Notes under the pieces: generated by a model | What the model saw: only the letters and a program-made list of their open reading frames with translations | Told to the model about the DNA's origin: nothing | Databases searched by the model: none | Translations under genes and position numbers: made by a program | Shown: in pieces, positions 49,783-60,801 of the stretch | Numbering within the stretch: position 1 is the first letter of the stretch | Layout of the letters: every line of letters begins with the position of its first letter | Assembly (NCBI GenBank): GCA_044892505.1 | Contig: CM097882.1 | Location: 124,558,001-124,622,000 of the forward strand | Reading direction: 5' to 3' | DNA: 64,000 nt | DNA from: Schmidtea nova | Lineage: Eukaryota

Positions 49783-50820
49783 ATGAAAGAAAACCAGTTT
49801 TATATGATTTTGCCTAGCAATGCATGTCCTCTTATTTATCCTAATAATGAAGCTAGTAATTTTAATGTAGAATTTCAAAATCCGATTTATTTAAATAGTA
49901 ATGACGATTGGGAAGTTGCTTTGATTGATTTTACTTTTGTGTATAATTTATTTCCGTATTATAGTAATTCTTTTATTCAAATTGAAACTAAAAGAGAAAT
50001 TCAAGAAATTAGTTATTTGAGAATTAATAATCAAAATAAAACAATTCAAGTTATAGTTTCTCAACCTAGTTCAGACACTGATGTATTTATTGAAAAATAT
50101 AATTATTTAGTGATTGTTTGCCCACATGTTCCATTTAAAAGTACATTTCCAGATCTTGAACATGCAAAAAGTTTTGGATTGGAAAATATATCAATTACAA
50201 GTGAAAATGATCATTGTCGTTTAAAATTACCAAAATTCACGAATGATAATAGTCTTGAACAATTTGGAATTTTAATAAATTATGACATTAAAACTGTTAA
50301 TGATTATTATTTTCAAGATGAATTATTCATAACGTCATTACCGGAATTACAAGGATATTTAATGAAAATTAATCCATGGCCATTTAAAGAATTGAAACTT
50401 GTCAATAATGAATTGGTTAAAATTATTCTTCAGGATAATATTTCAAAAATTACTTTTGATTCAAATTTAACCAAATCTCTGGGTCTACAGAAACAAACAT
50501 ATACTGATACAGAAATAATTGGTGTAAAAATCCCCAAAATTTTACAACTTCATCAGCAAATGTTCATTTACAGCAACATTATTGAACCAGTAACTGTTGG
50601 AGATGTACGAGTTCCCCTCCTTAAATCAATTTGGATCAAGAAATATGACCAAGGTGAAGTTGTACAAATTGAAATAAAGAATCCAATGTATTTGCCGATT
50701 TCAACATCAACTATAAACAACATTGAAATCAATATTCGTGATGACAGTGGAAAATTAATTAAATTTTCAAAAGATACAAAGACTCATTTGACTCTACATT
50801 TTCGTAAAATAAATGATTAA
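49783..50820 (+). CDS. Minor capsid (penton-like) protein 1
   Basis: FYMILPSN...WEVAL...FIYSNIIEPVTVGDVRVPLL...NNIEINIRDDSG...LTLHFR. Confidence 0.88.
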   Translation: MKENQFYMILPSNACPLIYPNNEASNFNVEFQNPIYLNSNDDWEVALIDFTFVYNLFPYYSNSFIQIETKREIQEISYLRINNQNKTIQVIVSQPSSDTDVFIEKYNYLVIVCPHVPFKSTFPDLEHAKSFGLENISITSENDHCRLKLPKFTNDNSLEQFGILINYDIKTVNDYYFQDELFITSLPELQGYLMKINPWPFKELKLVNNELVKIILQDNISKITFDSNLTKSLGLQKQTYTDTEIIGVKIPKILQLHQQMFIYSNIIEPVTVGDVRVPLLKSIWIKKYDQGEVVQIEIKNPMYLPISTSTINNIEINIRDDSGKLIKFSKDTKTHLTLHFRKIND

Positions 50821-51838
50821 AAAAGATTTTTATGTTAATTTACCAGGCAATTCTTGTCCATTGACACATCCCAATAATAAAGCTGGAAAATTCAATGTTG
50901 AATATCAAAACCCAATTTATTTGGATGGTAGTTGGGAAGTTGCTCTTATGGATTTTACTTTTGTATACAATGAATTTCCATTTTATAATAGTTCAAGTAT
51001 AAAATTTATTAGAAATGAATTACATTCTAGTTATGAATATTTCAATTTTAACCAACAAAAGAAAGAATATGATATAAGTCACGATTCTAATTATTATTTA
51101 ATGTATATTGATGGTAATATTTTAAATGTAAATTGTAAATATTTTCCATTTCAAATAATATTTGATAGTGTTGATGAAGCTAAAAAAAAATTAGGGTTTC
51201 AAGAAAAAGCTGTGACATTTAATGATGAATTAAACAAAATTAAAATTCCAGCAAATGAAAATAAAAAACTTGATGATACTATACGATTTACTATAACTTA
51301 TACTTTTCCTGTTGAATACACAGATAATTTCAAAGACGATTTAATAATAAATAATCTTGCTGAATTATCTGATCAAATTGAAACTTTTTATCCACATCCA
51401 TTTAAAGTGATTGATATTAAAGAAGGAAAATTAATCAAATTAATTCTTGAAGATGATATAACTAGTGTAAAATTTAGTAGGAATTTAGCAAATTCATTAG
51501 GATTAGTTGAACAAGAATTCTTTGACAAAATTATTGATGGCGTATATTATCCACAAGTTTTAAAACTTCATCAACAAATGTTCATCTATACGAATATTAT
51601 TCAACCAATTCTTGTTGGTGACATGTCAGTTCCCCTATTGAAATGTGTTTGGGTTGAAAAACATGAAAAGGGTGATTTGGTTCAAATTGTTGAGAAAAAT
51701 CCAATGTATTTTCCGGTCAGTTCCACATATATAAACAATATTGAAATCAATATTCGTGATGACAGTGGAAAAATAGTTAAATTTGCAAAAGAAGACAAAA
51801 CTTACTTGACATTACATTTCCGTAAAATAAATGAATAA
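50813..51838 (+). CDS. Minor capsid (penton-like) protein 2, tandem paralog
   Basis: Same N- and C-terminal motifs as 49783-50820 with a divergent middle. Confidence 0.88.
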   Translation: MIKKDFYVNLPGNSCPLTHPNNKAGKFNVEYQNPIYLDGSWEVALMDFTFVYNEFPFYNSSSIKFIRNELHSSYEYFNFNQQKKEYDISHDSNYYLMYIDGNILNVNCKYFPFQIIFDSVDEAKKKLGFQEKAVTFNDELNKIKIPANENKKLDDTIRFTITYTFPVEYTDNFKDDLIINNLAELSDQIETFYPHPFKVIDIKEGKLIKLILEDDITSVKFSRNLANSLGLVEQEFFDKIIDGVYYPQVLKLHQQMFIYTNIIQPILVGDMSVPLLKCVWVEKHEKGDLVQIVEKNPMYFPVSSTYINNIEINIRDDSGKIVKFAKEDKTYLTLHFRKINE

Positions 51839-52238
51839 TCCAGATATTATCAGTTTATATAGCAACAGCCAATCAGGTGGAGAATTACCGTATTTTGTAG
51901 GTAAGCAATATGGAACTGGATGGTTGAAAACGATAGGTAGATTTGCATTACCAATTCTTAGACGTATTGGAAATTTTGGTATGAAAACTGCCAATGATGT
52001 GTTAAATAATAATTCAAAGATTTTACCTGCACTAAAATCCAATGCTATTTCTGAAATTAAAGATTCATTGCCCGATGTGATTCATCATTTGCCACAAGTA
52101 ATTAGTAAAGTAACTGATGTGTTTAACGAAAATAAAACTGAAAATAAACAAAATGGCGGAATTCTTAAACGTAAAAGAAATATGAAGAAACATATAAACA
52201 AAAGAATGAAAGGATATGGTACAATTTTTGAAAAATGA
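51831..52238 (+). CDS. Small Polinton core/membrane-active candidate protein (PZ-like)
   Basis: QSGG and QYGTG motifs followed by the amphipathic WLKTIGRFALPILRRIG; basic C-terminus with QNGG and KGYG. Confidence 0.65.
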   Translation: MNNPDIISLYSNSQSGGELPYFVGKQYGTGWLKTIGRFALPILRRIGNFGMKTANDVLNNNSKILPALKSNAISEIKDSLPDVIHHLPQVISKVTDVFNENKTENKQNGGILKRKRNMKKHINKRMKGYGTIFEK

Positions 52239-53461
52239 TTAGTGCAAAATCTGAATTATGTCTTTTTGATAGACCATCTCCTCAAGCAGTAATTGAACAT
52301 GGTGCATTTGAAGATATTTACCCAACAAATTCAATTACAGATGCTGGGACATCATCTATTCAATTTTACATCAACGGATCTCAAACTGAATATTTAGATT
52401 TGAACGATACTTTACTATCTCTTCAGGTCAAAGTTGTAAACAAATCGGGTGAAAATTTAGGATTGGATGCTGATGTTACTCCCAACAATTTCTTTTTCCA
52501 AACTCTTTTTAAAGAAGCAGAATTAATTTTCAATTCTACTAAAGTTGAAGGGGGAAATGATACATTTACACACAAAGCCATGATTGAAACTATTCTCAAC
52601 TACAATAGTGATACAAAACACACATCTTTAACTCCAATAGGATACAATGACCATGATCTTACTAGAAAAGCATGGATTGCAAAATCAAAACCATTTTCAA
52701 TTTGTTCTCCATTACATTTCGATTTCATGGAACAACCCAAATATTTATTACCAGGTGTTAGTGTTCAAATTAAATTGACGAGATCAAATCCATCCAATAG
52801 TTTGACAAGCACAAAAATTGAACCTATAATTGAATTATTAGACGCAAAATTAATGGTTAGAAGAGTTCGAGTAGAACCATCAGTTTATGCTGGGCATCAA
52901 ATTGGACTTGGTACAAGAAATGCAATTTATCCAATAAGAAATAAGGAAGTTGTAGAATTTTCATTGCCAATGGGTTCTTCTTCGTTTTATAAGGAACAAA
53001 TCTTTGGCGATAGACGATTACCAAACTTTATTCTTGTAGCATTTCAAGGAAATAAAAGACATAGTGGTTCTTTTACTGAAACATATTCTATTTACGATTA
53101 TTTTAATGTCAAATCATTAACTTTATCGAAAGGAAGTGATTATCGTGAAAAATATTCTCAAGATTTTGAAAATGATAATTGTAGTACTAGTTATATGCAA
53201 TCTATTGTCCGTAACCTTGGTTACCTGAATAAGAGTATGAATTGTGGTATTTCTTTATCAGATTGGAAAAGCAAATATCCTTTTTTCACCTTCGTTTTGG
53301 CTCCAGATTTTGACCTAAATCAAAGTCAATTACCTCAACAAGGTAATCTAAGACTTGATATTAAATTTGGTACACCATTGACTGAATCAGTTTCTGTAAT
53401 TGTATATGGAGTTTTTGAAAAGGAATTACAAATTACAGCTAATAGAACAATATTGATTTAA
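52235..53461 (+). CDS. Double jelly-roll major capsid protein (PY)
   Basis: KSELCLFD...IQFYI...YLDLNDTLL...LHFDFMEQPKYLLPGVSVQIKL...GNLRLDIKFG...VIVYGVFE pattern and 408-aa length typical of Polinton MCP. Confidence 0.9.
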   Translation: MISAKSELCLFDRPSPQAVIEHGAFEDIYPTNSITDAGTSSIQFYINGSQTEYLDLNDTLLSLQVKVVNKSGENLGLDADVTPNNFFFQTLFKEAELIFNSTKVEGGNDTFTHKAMIETILNYNSDTKHTSLTPIGYNDHDLTRKAWIAKSKPFSICSPLHFDFMEQPKYLLPGVSVQIKLTRSNPSNSLTSTKIEPIIELLDAKLMVRRVRVEPSVYAGHQIGLGTRNAIYPIRNKEVVEFSLPMGSSSFYKEQIFGDRRLPNFILVAFQGNKRHSGSFTETYSIYDYFNVKSLTLSKGSDYREKYSQDFENDNCSTSYMQSIVRNLGYLNKSMNCGISLSDWKSKYPFFTFVLAPDFDLNQSQLPQQGNLRLDIKFGTPLTESVSVIVYGVFEKELQITANRTILI

Positions 53462-53512
53462 TTGAAAATTATTGGTTTAATATAAACTAATTTTAATAAA
53501 TTAATAAAGTAA

Positions 53513-53891
53513 ATGAAGTAAGATTTATTTTAAATAATTAAATTTTATTGATTTTAGTTCAATTCAGGTAGATCAGATTGCTAGAAAATTGATTGGATCG
53601 GAATTTCTAGGAGTTTTTCCTCTAGATAAAATACCGTATATAGATGTGAATAAAGCATTGATTGTCAATACTCAAACATCAAATCTCAAAGGCGAACATT
53701 GGCTTGCAATTTATAATAAACCCGATAAAATATACGTGTTTGATCCAATGGGATTTTATTATCCACCGATATTATTGAAAAAATTATCGTCAATGTTAAA
53801 ACCAATAGAATATAACAGAATTCGATATCAAAATCCTATGACAAAAACCTGTGGGCAACATTGTTTAGCTTGGCTAAAATATATGAAATAA
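53513..53891 (+). CDS. Adenain-like cysteine protease (112 aa), two exons (intron 53518-53557)
   Basis: ATG AA|GTAAG...TTTTAG|T TCA gives MNSIQVDQIARKLIGSEFLGVFP; catalytic GEHW, FDPMG, YQN and TCGQHC intact. Confidence 0.92.
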
Positions 53892-54004
53892 AATTTTTTA
53901 TTATAAAACGACTTTTATTATAAAACGACTTTTTCTATTTTTGGTATTCACTAATACAAAAGTGAATTTTTATGTTTGAATTTGTTAAATTATAGTTGAA
54001 AATA

Positions 54005-54665
54005 ATTTTAATATTGTAAAATATTAAATTAATTTTAAATTACATATTGTAAAATATTTAATTAATTTTAAATTACATATTGTAAAATATTTAATTAATT
54101 TTAAATTACATATTGTAAAATATTTAATTAATTTTAAATTACATATTGTAAAATATTTAATTTTAAATTACATATTGTAAAATATTTAAATTAAATTATA
54201 TTTAAAATAATTTCGTTTAAATAAACAACATTTTTAACAACAAGCCAACTTAAGTAAGTAAGTTTAATTTTTTATGAATATTTTTTAATTTTTTCATTAC
54301 AGATTTTTGAAATTATGCCAAACATTATTATGCCAATGAAATTTTCAAAGAAAATTATACCAAACAATGTTATACCAAACAATATTATGCCAAACAATGT
54401 TATGCCAATGAAATTTTCAAAGAAAATTATACCATCGATACTTCATGTTAAATGTAAGTATTTATATATTGACGAAATATATTATTATCAATTAAATGTT
54501 TATTTTTATAATTGATAGATTTTTATATGAATTTAATTAATTTTTATAATTGATAGATTTTTATATGAATTTAATTAATTTTTTATAATTGATAGATTTT
54601 TATATGAATTTAATTAATAATCGATAGATTTTTATATGGATTTAATTAATTTTTATAATAAATAT
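54005..54665. repeat. Internal non-coding spacer with 33-bp (about 6x), 15-bp-based and 38-bp (about 4x) tandem repeats
   Basis: ATATTGTAAAATATTTAATTAATTTTAAATTAC at 54011, 54044 and onward; ATTGATAGATTTTTATATGAATTTAATTAA at 54511, 54549 and onward. Confidence 0.9.
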
Positions 54666-54887
54666 ATTTTATAAATGATATATTTATATATTATTTTTAA
54701 AATATATTTAATGTAAATAAGAAAAAATCAATTAAAGAACAAATAAATTAAACAAGAGTTTATTCATGAAAATCATTAATTTTCCAAATAGGTTTTATCA
54801 CGTTTTCGGTTTGTTTAAATCCTTGTAAGATAATTTGAATTTGATACATTGAATTTTCATCTAATTTGCCTAAATCTGTTTCTTTTT

Positions 54888-55290
54888 TTACAGTTCATAT
54901 ATGTGAATTCCTCGTTGAATTGAATGTTCTTTATTTATTAGCATTAAAATTTCTGATAGATTCTTTCTATCAATTTCCCCGATTTTTCCAACCTGAATAT
55001 TGTATTGACATTGTTTCAATGTAACAGGTTCCTGTAAATAATATTAATTAGATTTTTATAATTTTTTAATTATTTACTTTGAATGAATATTTGATCGGAT
55101 ATTTCAAATACTCCATCGAGTATTGTAGAAATTGAACTGGTGGATTCAATGCCAAATTAGATGAAGAAATAGGATTTTCCTCAAGTATAATCTTCATTAT
55201 TTCTTGTTTTGTCATTCTTTTCGATTCTAGAAAAATAAATTAAAAAATAATCATTTAAAATTAATTAATCTTACTTTTAAGTTGATACAT
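54888..55290 (-). CDS. Hidden three-exon Polinton gene (102 aa, unknown function)
   Basis: Exons 55290-55275, 55226-55078 and 55031-54888 joined by 48- and 46-nt GT-AG introns give one open frame starting at ATG. Confidence 0.65.
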
Positions 55291-55573
55291 TTTTTAATGA
55301 TTATTTTAATTTTATAGGTCGTTTATATAGAAATTTTTAAATTATTTTGACCAATCATAATCAATAAATATATATTACGATATTTTGAAATGAATGTGTG
55401 TATACACACTTGATATACATCATTGATATTTTATCTTAATTTTTATCTTAATTTTTATCTTAATTTTTATCATTATTTTTATCATTATTTTTATATTATT
55501 TTTAAAATTTATAGGCAATTTATATCAAAAATATTGCAACTCCACAATTCATGATGTAAAATGCCATGAATTA

Positions 55574-58500
55574 ATGGAAAGATATTATGCATACCCTCAT
55601 AACTGTAAAACCTCCTACATTTGTCCTTTTTGCAAATCTACTTCGTCCTCTTCGTATATTGACTTTTACAATACTCATTGCGATCATTTAGATCAATTTA
55701 AAACATCTAAAAAATCAATTTTTAAATTACCGCTTAAAAGAAAATGTAATGAAAATAATTCAATCCCAATCAAAATTAACAAGTCAGATCTTACTGATGA
55801 TATTTCTTCAGTTGATCCTTCAGTTGTTCCTTCAGTTGATCCTTCAGATATAGTTGTAATTTCTGATGATGATGATGATGACATTCTTGGTAATGATACC
55901 ATTCCTGATGATAACATTCTTGATAATGATACCATTCCTGATGATGATAACATTCTTGATAATGATACCATTCTTGATGATAACATTCTTGATATAAATA
56001 TTCTTTCTGATTTTGTGGTTGTAGACACTTTTGATCCTATCGATAATATTCAAATTGGTGGTTCTTTTGATAAAATTTGTGACGATAAATACTCTTTAGT
56101 TCCTGAAGTACAGGTTGGTGGCTCCATTTTACCTGTTGTTAAATTTGATTTAAATAAATCACATGCTATAATGAAAATGATTGTAACTAACTTGAATTTA
56201 AAAAGCATGTTTGTACCTGATAATTTAATTAATAAATTAAATAATGTAATTGAAACGATGGGAACGGTTAAAATTCAATTTTGCATCGAAGTTGAGTTTG
56301 AAAAAGATGGTGCTTTTCAAACTATAGTTATTTCTAACTCTGCACAACCTGTCACAGATACCTTTATAGACGATGGCATTAATATTCTTAACGAAAAAAT
56401 TACATTAATTAATAATAGAGGTAGTAACTGGATAATTAATAAAATTAATGAAATCCATTTCATATTAACAAAATTTTCTGAGATTAGTAAGTTAATAGGT
56501 TACGGTGGTATTGACACTCCTGAATCTTTAAAGTCAAAACATTGTGTTGCAAATGTTCAGAATTCTGATGACTTGTGCTTTATATATTCTGTTTTAGTAA
56601 TTATTAAATATGATGAGATATCTGGTCGTAAAAATAAACATAGGATCAGTAATTACAATCTTTCAGATGTTAACTTTAGTCCTTCTGATTTGCCTATGCG
56701 TCTTTGCAATATCCCAAAGTTTGAAGCTAAAAACCCGGGATATGCGATTAATGTACTTTCATATGATGAATCTGGAATTCTAGACACTAAGCCTGAAGTT
56801 TTCAAACATCCGTGTATTGACATAATTCATAGGTCGAAAGTAGTAGACGGAATTCCTATTAACTTGATTCTTTTGCAAAATGGTGACTCTTTTCATTATA
56901 TAGCAGTAACCAATCTTGATAGGCTTTTAAATCTTGACAATAAATCAATATCTGGTACTCGTATTCAAAGTTTATGGTGCCATCGATGCTTGAATGGGTT
57001 TAGATATCAAGATTCTTTTGTTCGTCATCAAGAGTTGTGTTCTAAAAATCAATTAGGCACAACTCTATATACTTTGCCTAAAAATCCTTATTTGACATTT
57101 AGTAATTGGGGCAAAACAATTACTCCACCTTTTGTAGTTTACGCCGATTTTGAGGCAATCTTACCTGCTGATGATAAGTACTTTCAAAGACATGTCCCAA
57201 TATCTGCCGGTCTTTTACTTGTAAATAATTTCACTGGTGAAAAGATTTACAAGAGTTTCTTAGGTCTTGATTGCGTTACTAATTTTCTTGCTGAAATTAA
57301 CAATATAGGTGAAGAAATTGTTTTTCCTTTTTATAAAAACAATTACAAAAAACCACTTATTATGACATTCGATAATAAAAGATCTTTTGCCTCATCTACT
57401 AATTGTTATCTTTGTAAAAATCGTTTAGTTAATCCGGTTAGAGACCATGATCACTACACTGGTGAATTCTTGGGAGCTGCTTGTTTAAAATGTAATCTTA
57501 CTAGACAGATTCGTAAGGAACTACCGGTTATTTTTCATAATTTAAAAGGGTATGACATGCACCATATTCTTAAATATGGTTTGGCTAATTTTTCAACTTG
57601 GAAAATATCATGTATTCCAACAACTAGTGAAAAATTCCTTACTTTGTCTGCAAGAGTCGGCGATTTAACAATTAAATTCATCGATTCTTGTCAATTTATT
57701 AACTCCAGTTTAAATGATGCGGTTAAAACATTGACTTCATTACCTTTGACTAGATCTGAATTCACCGGGACTATTGTTGACTGTAAGGGTATTTTTCCTT
57801 ATGATTTTGCAACATCTTTAGAAATTCTTAACAACACTTATGAATTACCACCAATCTGGGAGGGTGTTAAGCAGGCTGAATATGACAAGGCATTAGTTAT
57901 TTGGAGGGAATCCCAGTGTCACACTCTGTGTGACTATATGATGGTCTACCTTAAACTGGATGTTTTTCTTCTTGCTGATTTCTTTCAACAGTTTAGGGCT
58001 AAATCTATAGCTCACAATAAACTTGAGCCTTTGAATTTTTTGGGGATTCCAGGTATGTCGTGGGCTTCTGCGCTTATTACCTTGGATGAACCTATTGAGT
58101 TGCTCCAGGATATGGAGATTTATAATTTTTTCGAAGGGGGGATCCGTGGTGGTTTGACATTTGTCAACAAGCACCATGTAGTATCCTCCGAAACGACTGA
58201 ACTTTTATACATTGACATAAATAATTTATACGGGTGGGCTTTAAGTCAAAAATTACCTTATGGTGAATTTAAATGGATCACTGATGAGAATAAATTAAAT
58301 AAATAAATTAAATTAATGGATACTGATTTGGCTATTTTGACTTATGGCGTGACTTTTGAAGTGGATCTTGAAATACCTTCAGAAATTCACGAAAAATTAA
58401 ATGATTTTCCGGTAGCAGCAGAGAAAATGTGTGCTCCGGGTTCAAAGGTTGAGAAGTTAATGCTGACGCATTATCCAAAGTTCAACTATGTTGTTCATTG

Positions 58501-59521
58501 GAGGCTTCTCAAGCTTTTTGTTTCTTTGGGTGTTAAAATAACACGAGTTCATCGGGCTGTTCAGTACAATCAGAAACCCATTTTTAAAAAATATATAGAT
58601 ACAAACACTGAACTTAGGGCAGCATCTTCTACAGCTTTAGATAAAAACTATTACAAACTCTTGAATAATAGTCTTTATGGAAAAACGGTTGAAAATCTTA
58701 AGAAACGACTCAATTTACGACTATGTAATTCACCATCAAAACTGATTACATATACTTCAAAACCTACCTTTAGAAAAACTTATAGAATTGACGATGACCT
58801 AGTTTCTGTCTTACTTAATAAGGACTCTGTGTGTTTAGATAGACCCAGTTACATTGGCCAAACTGTACTGGATTTATCTAAACTTAGGATGTATCAACTG
58901 CAGTATGAAGAATTACAAAAATATCGTAATGAATTCAACTGCGAAATTAACATCGTTGCTGGTGACACCGATTCATTTTTTCTTGAGATTAGAAATTGTA
59001 GGTTAGATGTTCTGTTACCTGCGAGGATAAGAGATAACTTACTTGACACTTCTAATTATGATCCGAATCACCCATTATACAGTAAGAACCTAGATTCCGT
59101 CATTGGTAAATTCAAAGACGAGAATAAAGGATTCAAGTATGATGAGTGGGTATTCCTTAGACCAAAGTGTTATAGTCTTTTAGGCGATGAAGAGTGCATT
59201 AAGGCTAAGGGTATAACATTGAAGGATACTAAACTGAATCATCAGTCGTATCTGGATTGTTATAATAATAATTCAATAGTTTCTGTTGATCAGTCGAGAA
59301 TAGTTAGTAAGAATCACCAACTCTTTACTAATAAATATTCGAAAATTGCCTTGACTAATCTTGATGATAAAAGACTTTGGGTTGATAAAAATGAAAGTCT
59401 TGCATACGGACATTATAAGGGATGTGGCTCGTTTATAGACCAATCAAAAGATCAGGTTGGTGTTCCAGTTTCAGATCCAGCTCTCAATTCAAATTATATA
59501 TCCAATTCAGATTTGTATTGA
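55574..59521 (+). pseudogene. polB: Protein-primed family B DNA polymerase (terminal protein, OTU-like, exonuclease with endonuclease VII-like insert, polymerase); one in-frame TAA at 58304-58306
   Basis: VYADFE, FHNLKGYD, YLKLDV, DHDHYTG...CLKCN, YIDINNLY, KLLNNSLYGK, AGDTDS, LRPKCY; both ORFs lie in the same frame. Confidence 0.95.
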
Positions 59522-60014
59522 ATAAAACTTTGTTAAAAAATAATTGGTTTCATTATATTTAGTTTTATATTTCTTTAGACTGTTATGTTTAATTGTTTTT
59601 AAAAATTTTATGTGTTATCCAGATTTGAATTGGTTTTATCGTTCAGGGTTTTCACCGATTAGTGTAATATTTTAAGGATTTGTGTAATTCGTTTTTATTT
59701 ATTGTAAAAATAATTGTTTTTGTTTACAAATATTAATAAATTTCATCTGTTCTTGCAGTTGCACTCTGTTGAATCGTCTTTAAAATTTTGACTATTGTCA
59801 CAATTCTCGAATTAATTCCATCTGTTTTCATAGTTGCCACATTCGATTTTCTAAAGTTATCAGTTAAAAAACAATTACTCAAAATGTTAGCCAGTACATT
59901 CAAACAAAAATTTCATTTAATTAAGTAAAGAACATGTTTTCGTTTGTGGTACGGATAATAATTAATATGTTGTGTATTTTGACGCTACCAACAGTAGTCA
60001 TGGGGGTTACACAA

Positions 60015-60801
60015 TGGTGTGTTTATCTTAGCAATAGTTACTTCAGGACTTAAATATTAACATGTGTGGTTACCTTAGCAATAGTTACAGGGAGACTATA
60101 CTTTAATGTGTGTATTTACCCCGGGACTATATATTGATCTGTGTGTTTACCTTAACTATATCTTCCCCAGGACTATATATTGATGTGTATGTGTTAACTT
60201 TAGCAACATCTGGCTATATGAATATATATATATATATATATTGATGTGTGTGTGTTTACCCTGGAAACAGGTTCCTCAGTGAATATATAATGATGTGTGT
60301 GTGTGTGTTTACCTTAACTACAGGTTCCTTGGGGACTCTTTATACGCGCGTGTTTATCTTAGCAACAGATTCCAATGCACTACACTTTAATGTGCGTATT
60401 TACCCGAGCAATATCTTCCCGGTAATTATATATTAATGTGTGTGCTTACCTTAGCAATAACTGCCTCGAGGAATATATTGATGTGTGTGTTAACCCTGGC
60501 AACAGGATCCTCGGGGAATATATATTAATGTGTGCTTACCCTAGCAACACCTGCATTGAGGAATATCTTGATGTGTGTATTTACCTTAGCAACATCTCCC
60601 CGGTAATTATATAGTAATGTGTGTGCTTACCTTAGCAATACCTGTCTCGAGGAATATTTTGATGTGTGTGTGTGTGTGTTTACCCTGGCAACAGGTTCAT
60701 CGGGGAATATATATATATTGATGTGTGTGCACGTTCACCCTGACAACACCTGAATTGAGGAATATCTTGATGTGTGTATTTACCCTAGCAACCGTTGCTA
60801 G
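60015..60801. repeat. Right subterminal array of about 17 units of ~45 bp, with a 4-unit higher-order repeat
   Basis: Consensus GTGTGT-TTACC(C/T)T(A/G)GCAA(C/T)A-variable-GGAATATATTGAT; unit starts at 60400, 60446, 60490, 60536, 60581. Confidence 0.9.

Noticed and set aside
54315-54515. 66-aa ORF MPNIIMPMKFSKK...
   Set aside because: It is a translation of a short tandem repeat in the viral spacer with no independent coding evidence.
48905-58306. Alternative genetic code (TAA read as Gln)
   Set aside because: TAA clearly terminates neighbouring genes (pentons, MCP, protease, TBP-like), so the two internal TAAs are better explained as mutations or errors.
60015-60801. CRISPR-like repeat-spacer array
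   Set aside because: The variable parts are only about 10 nt and recur in a higher-order repeat, so they are not unique spacers.
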